Source: Spirochaetia bacterium
GTDB taxonomy: Bacteria; Spirochaetota; Spirochaetia; DSM-2461
DNA: 64,000 nucleotides
Assembly: GCA_963666985.2 (NCBI GenBank)
Contig: CAXXIA010000001.1
Span: 384,001-448,000 of the forward strand
Direction of reading: 5' to 3'
Positions 59,085 to 64,000 of the stretch are shown piece after piece. Made by a program: the position numbers and the translations under genes. The notes below the pieces were generated by a model. The model did no database searches, had not been told where the DNA came from, and saw only the letters and a program-made list of their open reading frames with translations. Numbering within the stretch: position 1 is the first letter of the stretch; every line of letters begins with the position of its first letter.

Positions 59085-60239
59085 ATGGCCGGCGGGAAAA
59101 AAAACATCATTGAGCTGGAACCGCATGTTATTCTCACAACCGGCGGCGCCGGTTTCTTTATGAACAACGGCTATAATCTCAGCAAAATCTCCATGGCCGA
59201 CGGAAGCGTACAATACGGAGTGAAGCTGGCTAAAGTCTCTCCCGGATCGTTTCAGCATATGCTCAGGATCGGGTATCTTTCGCAGCTCGAGATTTCAAGG
59301 CCCGAGTTTACGACGGTACGTTCCCATCTTATGGATCTTTCGAAACTCATTGTCTACGGTTTCCTTTACAGACAGTTCGATCAAGTTCTTTTCGATATGC
59401 TCATCAATTCTTCCATGATAAAAGAGTGGAACAGAGCCAATCCCGGAAACATTATTGATGAACAAACCAGGATTAACGACTCGTATCTGAATGAAGTTCT
59501 CTCGCAGAATGCCGATCAGCTGAGACTGATTAAAAAGGCGATCGCCAAGCCTTTGACGGAGCGGATCGCTTCGGATTCTTCTCTAAATCCGGACGAGAAG
59601 AATACCACGATATTCTTGGCCGATAAGTTTTTGAACAGCGTTCGTCCTTTTGTTTGGTTTATTCTGACGCGCTTCAGTTCTTATGAAGAGCATAAAATGC
59701 TGATTCAAGAGTCCAGAAACATTCTGAATTTGTATACGAACCGAGCCCGTATCGCGGATTATCTGACTTTACTGCTGATGGAATTGGCCGTCAGCGCAGA
59801 AACCCTCAACATGATTTCTTTTGCCGAAAGGGTTTATGGTGACGGTATCGATGCTCAGGCGCTTCTCTACGATCAGGCGAAAAGGGAAACGCTTCTTAAA
59901 GGCATGGAAAAGGTGAATGCCAATTTCACCATAGCCTGGCGCGTGGGAAATCCGACGGCTTCTTCCATCGGAACCGAGAAAAAGCTTGAAATGACCATTT
60001 ATAACAGGGAAGCCGAATATCTGGATCTTAAGGAAAAAGTGGAAGAAAAGCTGAAGTCGGGTTCAAGTGTTTCTTTGAGTCAATTCTACAAGAGCACTTC
60101 GGCGGGGAATTCGGAAATGGGCCTTCTGTATTTGGGGTATCTTCAGGATGAATGCGACAAAGTGGGCATACGGTTTACTTCACGAGTCGGAGAGGCCTTA
60201 AGCGGAGTTCCTTCCATTACGCTGACGGTGCAGTTTTAA
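59085..60239 (+). CDS. Hypothetical protein
   Basis: 384-aa ORF co-oriented with the nitroreductase gene, with SD; no recognised motif. Confidence 0.7.
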   Translation: MAGGKKNIIELEPHVILTTGGAGFFMNNGYNLSKISMADGSVQYGVKLAKVSPGSFQHMLRIGYLSQLEISRPEFTTVRSHLMDLSKLIVYGFLYRQFDQVLFDMLINSSMIKEWNRANPGNIIDEQTRINDSYLNEVLSQNADQLRLIKKAIAKPLTERIASDSSLNPDEKNTTIFLADKFLNSVRPFVWFILTRFSSYEEHKMLIQESRNILNLYTNRARIADYLTLLLMELAVSAETLNMISFAERVYGDGIDAQALLYDQAKRETLLKGMEKVNANFTIAWRVGNPTASSIGTEKKLEMTIYNREAEYLDLKEKVEEKLKSGSSVSLSQFYKSTSAGNSEMGLLYLGYLQDECDKVGIRFTSRVGEALSGVPSITLTVQF

Positions 60240-60484
60240 GAAGGTCTAATTTGTAGAGAAATCACGAAAGGGCTCGCGGTTGGACACTGTCGAGCATGCT
60301 GTGTCGTCTCGCTGAATCCTTTTGTAATTCAGCCGCTTAACGATATCCCCGTGAAAGCTATAGATCTGCATACAGCGGGGCAGTGGACGATTAATCGATG
60401 ATGGGGACGCACCATAGAGACGATTCTCTGCTCTTTAATATAATATATTAGTATAATAGTATTGATATTGAAGGAGATACTTTC

Positions 60485-61084
60485 ATGACTGCGGACAAGT
60501 TGAAGGCCATATTCTACTTTACAACTCTGCTTCTCTGTATTCCAGTATTTCAAATCCACGCCACAAGCAGTATTTCCTATGCTGAAGGACGTGTTTCCGT
60601 GCACCGATCCGGCCGGGTTTTTTCCGGAGAAATTGGAGTGGATCTTATGGCGGGGGATCGAATTGAAACTCAAGAAGGTTCCATGGCCATTCTCGAACTT
60701 GAAAATCGGGGAGTTTTAAAAATACTGGAAAATACATCGCTGATTCTGGATAATCTGAACGATTCCATGCAAGTTTCGCTCAATGCTGGTAATCTTTTTG
60801 CCAAAATCCGGAAAATGTCAGGGAAAAGTTTTAATGTTTTCTCTCAAAATGTTATTGCCGGAGTAAGGGGAACCCAATTTTACATGGCTTATTCCTATGA
60901 AAATCCTGAGAATATGTGGCTGTGTGTAAAAAACGGACGGGTTGAAGTATCGCTTCAGGACAGCGAAGATACGGTTCTTGTTAAAAAGGGTGAAGGAATC
61001 AGCATTATCGGCGGGAAAGAATTCTCAGAGCCTCAGCGTTATGAATGGACTAAAAATTTAAACTGGGATTTCATCGCTCCTTAA
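60485..61084 (+). CDS. FecR-like domain secreted protein
   Basis: Signal peptide; GDRIET, AGVRGTQF; SD AAGGAG. Confidence 0.75.
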   Translation: MTADKLKAIFYFTTLLLCIPVFQIHATSSISYAEGRVSVHRSGRVFSGEIGVDLMAGDRIETQEGSMAILELENRGVLKILENTSLILDNLNDSMQVSLNAGNLFAKIRKMSGKSFNVFSQNVIAGVRGTQFYMAYSYENPENMWLCVKNGRVEVSLQDSEDTVLVKKGEGISIIGGKEFSEPQRYEWTKNLNWDFIAP

Positions 61085-61126
61085 AAACCGAAAGGCTAAT
61101 AAGGAAAACCAAGATTGGGATTTCTT

Positions 61127-61723
61127 TCATTTACTTTCTGACTCCCCGTATCTCCAACACCCCAGCAGATGATCGTTCACAATTCCTGTGGCCTGCAGAT
61201 GCGCGTAGGCGATAACCGGTCCGAAGAACCGGAATCCCAGTTTTTTCAATTCACGGGCCAAGGCTTCCGATTCGTGTGTTTGCGCGGGAATCTCTTCCAG
61301 GCGTTCCCACCGGTTTATTCGGGGCCGTCCGCCGTAGAACGAGAGGAGCCAATCGGCAAAAGAACCGCAGCGTTCTGAGATTTCCAGGAAGATTCGGGCG
61401 TTTGTAATGGATGATTCGATTTTCCGTCTGTTGCGGACAATGCCGGGATTCTCCATAAGACGCCGCACGTCTTTTTCACCCCATGACGCGATTTCTTCCG
61501 GATTGAAGCCGCTATAAGCTTCGCGGTAGGCTTCCCGTTTTTTTAAGATGGTGATCCATGAAAGGCCGGCTTGTGCCGATTCAAGGACTGTAAACTCGAA
61601 CTGTGTTTGATCGTCAAGAACAAGGCGGCCCCATTCTTCGTCGTGATATGCCGTGTATAATAAATCTCCGGCGCACCAGCCGCAGCGCATTCTTTCATCC
61701 GATCCTTTTACCAAATCTTCCAT
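61127..61723 (-). CDS. tag: DNA-3-methyladenine glycosylase I
   Basis: RCGW, YHDEEWG, LESAQAGLSW, IVRNRRKI, NDHLLGC. Confidence 0.95.
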   Translation of the reverse strand: MEDLVKGSDERMRCGWCAGDLLYTAYHDEEWGRLVLDDQTQFEFTVLESAQAGLSWITILKKREAYREAYSGFNPEEIASWGEKDVRRLMENPGIVRNRRKIESSITNARIFLEISERCGSFADWLLSFYGGRPRINRWERLEEIPAQTHESEALARELKKLGFRFFGPVIAYAHLQATGIVNDHLLGCWRYGESESK

Positions 61724-61856
61724 GAAAGGGTCTCCCTTGGAAAAGATTCTATCCTAAGGACGGCCGAATGATCAAAAAAAGGATCGAAGATGTCTGGGAT
61801 ATAATAACTAATAGGAGATTTCCCCCGATGCGGAACACCGGGGATGAATCGAACCA

Positions 61857-62054
61857 TCAGATGATGGCGAGAGCTTCCTTAAATTTACCGGATTTTACGG
61901 CGGAGTGGCACTGCTTACACAGGGAAAGCTTCTTTTCATTTACTTCATGTTCGTAGAGAAGCTTAATTCCGGAGCGTTTGCACAGAGGGCAGGTACCGCG
62001 ACCGGATCCCGGTGTCTCCTCTTTTAAAGGTCTGCCGCGGTGGGCTTTGGACAT
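61857..62054 (-). CDS. Small basic Zn-ribbon protein
   Basis: SD AAGGAG; CPLC...CKQC; downstream hairpin at 61819-61846. Confidence 0.75.
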   Translation of the reverse strand: MSKAHRGRPLKEETPGSGRGTCPLCKRSGIKLLYEHEVNEKKLSLCKQCHSAVKSGKFKEALAII

Positions 62055-62165
62055 AGTCGGTCTCCTTAAAATTCATACCGAAGAAACAATAAAACTCTTC
62101 AGGCGTACCGGCTGACTCTATATGTGATCATCGTTTAGGTCAAGCCGCCGCACCAAGAAGCGCGA

Positions 62166-63446
62166 TCAGATGAAAGGTCTCATTCTTATGATGATTTCGG
62201 GTCTGTTTCGCTTCAAATCCCATCCGAAATCCAGATTAAACGAGAGGGAAGGAAGTGCGGGAATAAAGAGAATCATCGAGCTTCCGACGCAGTATTCGAA
62301 GGAATCCCGTCCATCCCATTCTTCCGATTTAATATATCCGATATCGGAAAACGGACGGAGCTGCATTTCAAAACCGCCTGATGTTCGAAGAACCCTGAAA
62401 TTCACTTGACCGGTAAGATAAACGCCCGCGGTTCCGTATGTCATATAGTCCAAGGTCCCCCTGAGCCTGTCGCCGGCATTTTGCCTGATTCCCAAAGCGG
62501 CGTAGAATCCGCCGATTCTTCCGGAGATTTCCAGCCAATCGGTGAGGGGAATGAGTCCTATAAGATCGGATTCCAATAAAACATCGTTCCGGCCGTTTCC
62601 CGTATACCAAAAATTCGTATTCATGAAGGAGAAGAGAATCCCCCGTCGAAAATTTTCATCTTTAAGGATGCTGTCGAAAGTAAACCCGTGGTCTATTCCC
62701 GGTGAAAACCCCCGATTGAGGAACCGATCGTCTTCCAGGGTGGAAGATATGTTGTATTCGAATTCATAATGATAGAAGAAAGCCGCCTTGGGCTGCAGCC
62801 AATAAAACCAGGGACTTTCCAAACCCAGAGGTATTCTTGCAAGTATCGATGCCGCTGTGCTCATACCGCTATATTGGAGAACAATATCTCCGGAGGGATT
62901 TCCGAATCGGTTGAGTCCGATGGTCTGTTCGAATCTCACCTCCAACGTCATCGGACCGGCCGCGATGTTTCCGATTTCGGTCATGATGTATGTTTTTTTC
63001 GGACTCCAGGTACCCATAAGCATTTGATCCGTCAGAGTGCCGAAGGCGTTCTGATACGTGAGTATTCCGCCGAATATAATTCCAAGATCGGAGGAATAAG
63101 CGGCAAAAGGAATGGGATAGAAGGAGAAGGCATCTTCCGCTTTGATGATGAGGTTGAAGCGGCCGGGAGCGATTTGTACGATTTCCGTTTCGAATTCTTT
63201 ATAAAGCCGTCTTTTCTCGATGTCTTGAAATCGAACCGAAAGGATGTGGAGCATTTCTTCTTCGCTTGAGAACGTTATCCCTTCGTGAAGACGGAGTTCG
63301 CGGAGCAGCGCGCTGCTGCGGGTTTTTCCGATAATTTCGATTTTTATGTTTTCGATAACGGCGGGTTCTCCGTCCTGGGCAAAGCAAGGAAGAACCATCG
63401 ACACAATGATGAGTGAAAGAAGAATGCAGCGTAATCTTATCGGCAT
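62166..63446 (-). CDS. POTRA + beta-barrel outer-membrane protein (Omp85-like)
   Basis: Signal peptide; POTRA-like IENIKI..GKTR..LLREL; aromatic beta-strand-rich C-terminus. Confidence 0.6.
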   Translation of the reverse strand: MPIRLRCILLSLIIVSMVLPCFAQDGEPAVIENIKIEIIGKTRSSALLRELRLHEGITFSSEEEMLHILSVRFQDIEKRRLYKEFETEIVQIAPGRFNLIIKAEDAFSFYPIPFAAYSSDLGIIFGGILTYQNAFGTLTDQMLMGTWSPKKTYIMTEIGNIAAGPMTLEVRFEQTIGLNRFGNPSGDIVLQYSGMSTAASILARIPLGLESPWFYWLQPKAAFFYHYEFEYNISSTLEDDRFLNRGFSPGIDHGFTFDSILKDENFRRGILFSFMNTNFWYTGNGRNDVLLESDLIGLIPLTDWLEISGRIGGFYAALGIRQNAGDRLRGTLDYMTYGTAGVYLTGQVNFRVLRTSGGFEMQLRPFSDIGYIKSEEWDGRDSFEYCVGSSMILFIPALPSLSFNLDFGWDLKRNRPEIIIRMRPFI

Positions 63447-63583
63447 GGGAATTCCTTATAACCTCCAGATCGGTATATAGTTCGACCGTTCCATTAATAT
63501 TATATGGATTCCCGCCGCATTTTTTCCAAATGCGGCGGTGGTTGAGATTCGCTTCTTCAAAGAGCGATTGAAAGGCATGTTTC

Positions 63584-64000
63584 ATGGATAAGGACAAAGT
63601 CGCCCGGCTTACCCGGGAGCTTCTGATGGAAATTGGAGAGAATCCCGAGAGAGAAGGACTCCTTGCGACTCCCGCGCGCGTTGCCGCTTCCTGGGAGTTC
63701 CTGACTTCGGGATATCAAAGCCGGCTTGAGGATGTAATCAACGGCGCCGTATTCGAATCGGAAGCCAACAATATGATTCTCTGCCGGGATATCGAAGTTT
63801 ATAGTCTCTGCGAACATCATATGCTTCCCTTTTTCGGAACATGCACCATCGGATACATCGCGAAGAAACATGTCATCGGCGTAAGCAAACTGGCGCGTAT
63901 CGTCGATCATTTCTCCAGAAGACTTCAGATACAGGAGCGGCTTACCGCTCAAGTGGCCCGGGCCGTAAAAGACTCAGTGGATGCCGAAGGTGTGGGCGTT
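63584..64000 (+). CDS. folE: GTP cyclohydrolase I (partial, runs off window)
   Basis: Manual translation MDKDKVARLTRELLMEIGENPEREGLLATPARV...SLCEHHMLPF...SKLAR...RRLQIQERLT; not in the ORF track. Confidence 0.93.
   Translation, partial: MDKDKVARLTRELLMEIGENPEREGLLATPARVAASWEFLTSGYQSRLEDVINGAVFESEANNMILCRDIEVYSLCEHHMLPFFGTCTIGYIAKKHVIGVSKLARIVDHFSRRLQIQERLTAQVARAVKDSVDAEGVGV

Noticed and set aside
60304..60423. c-di-GMP-I or c-di-AMP riboswitch (GGGACGC, GCTGAATCC)
   Set aside because: Only isolated words match; the remaining consensus elements are absent.

Overview
Bacterial chromosomal window, probably from a free-living spirochaete (inferred from a Treponema/Borrelia-type CheY and other spirochaete-like proteins; not proven). 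It holds about 50 CDS: K+ channel, EndoQ-UvrD fusion, aconitase X plus ene-reductase, two SAM hydrolases with an ECF transporter, an MCP, SulP, dapL, metF, folC, hisD, nrdR-nrdD-nrdG, tag and a partial folE. The most striking part is 21.1-34.2 kb. An intact tRNA-Gly(CCC) and a chimeric pseudo-tRNA copy are each followed by a modular array of structured 80-bp and ~187-191-bp units, every unit ending in the tRNA 3' end. Together they bracket an integrase-less ~9.3 kb sugar-uptake locus, and an IS1182-family element has replaced a terminator hairpin in one unit. Other highlights: a class III RNR whose glycyl-radical segment is on a separate gene fused to a CxxC thioredoxin-like domain; a poly-A frameshift at the start of the sugar-binding protein; and two promoters with identical AraC-type architecture. 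All calls come from reading motifs by eye; no database searches were run.
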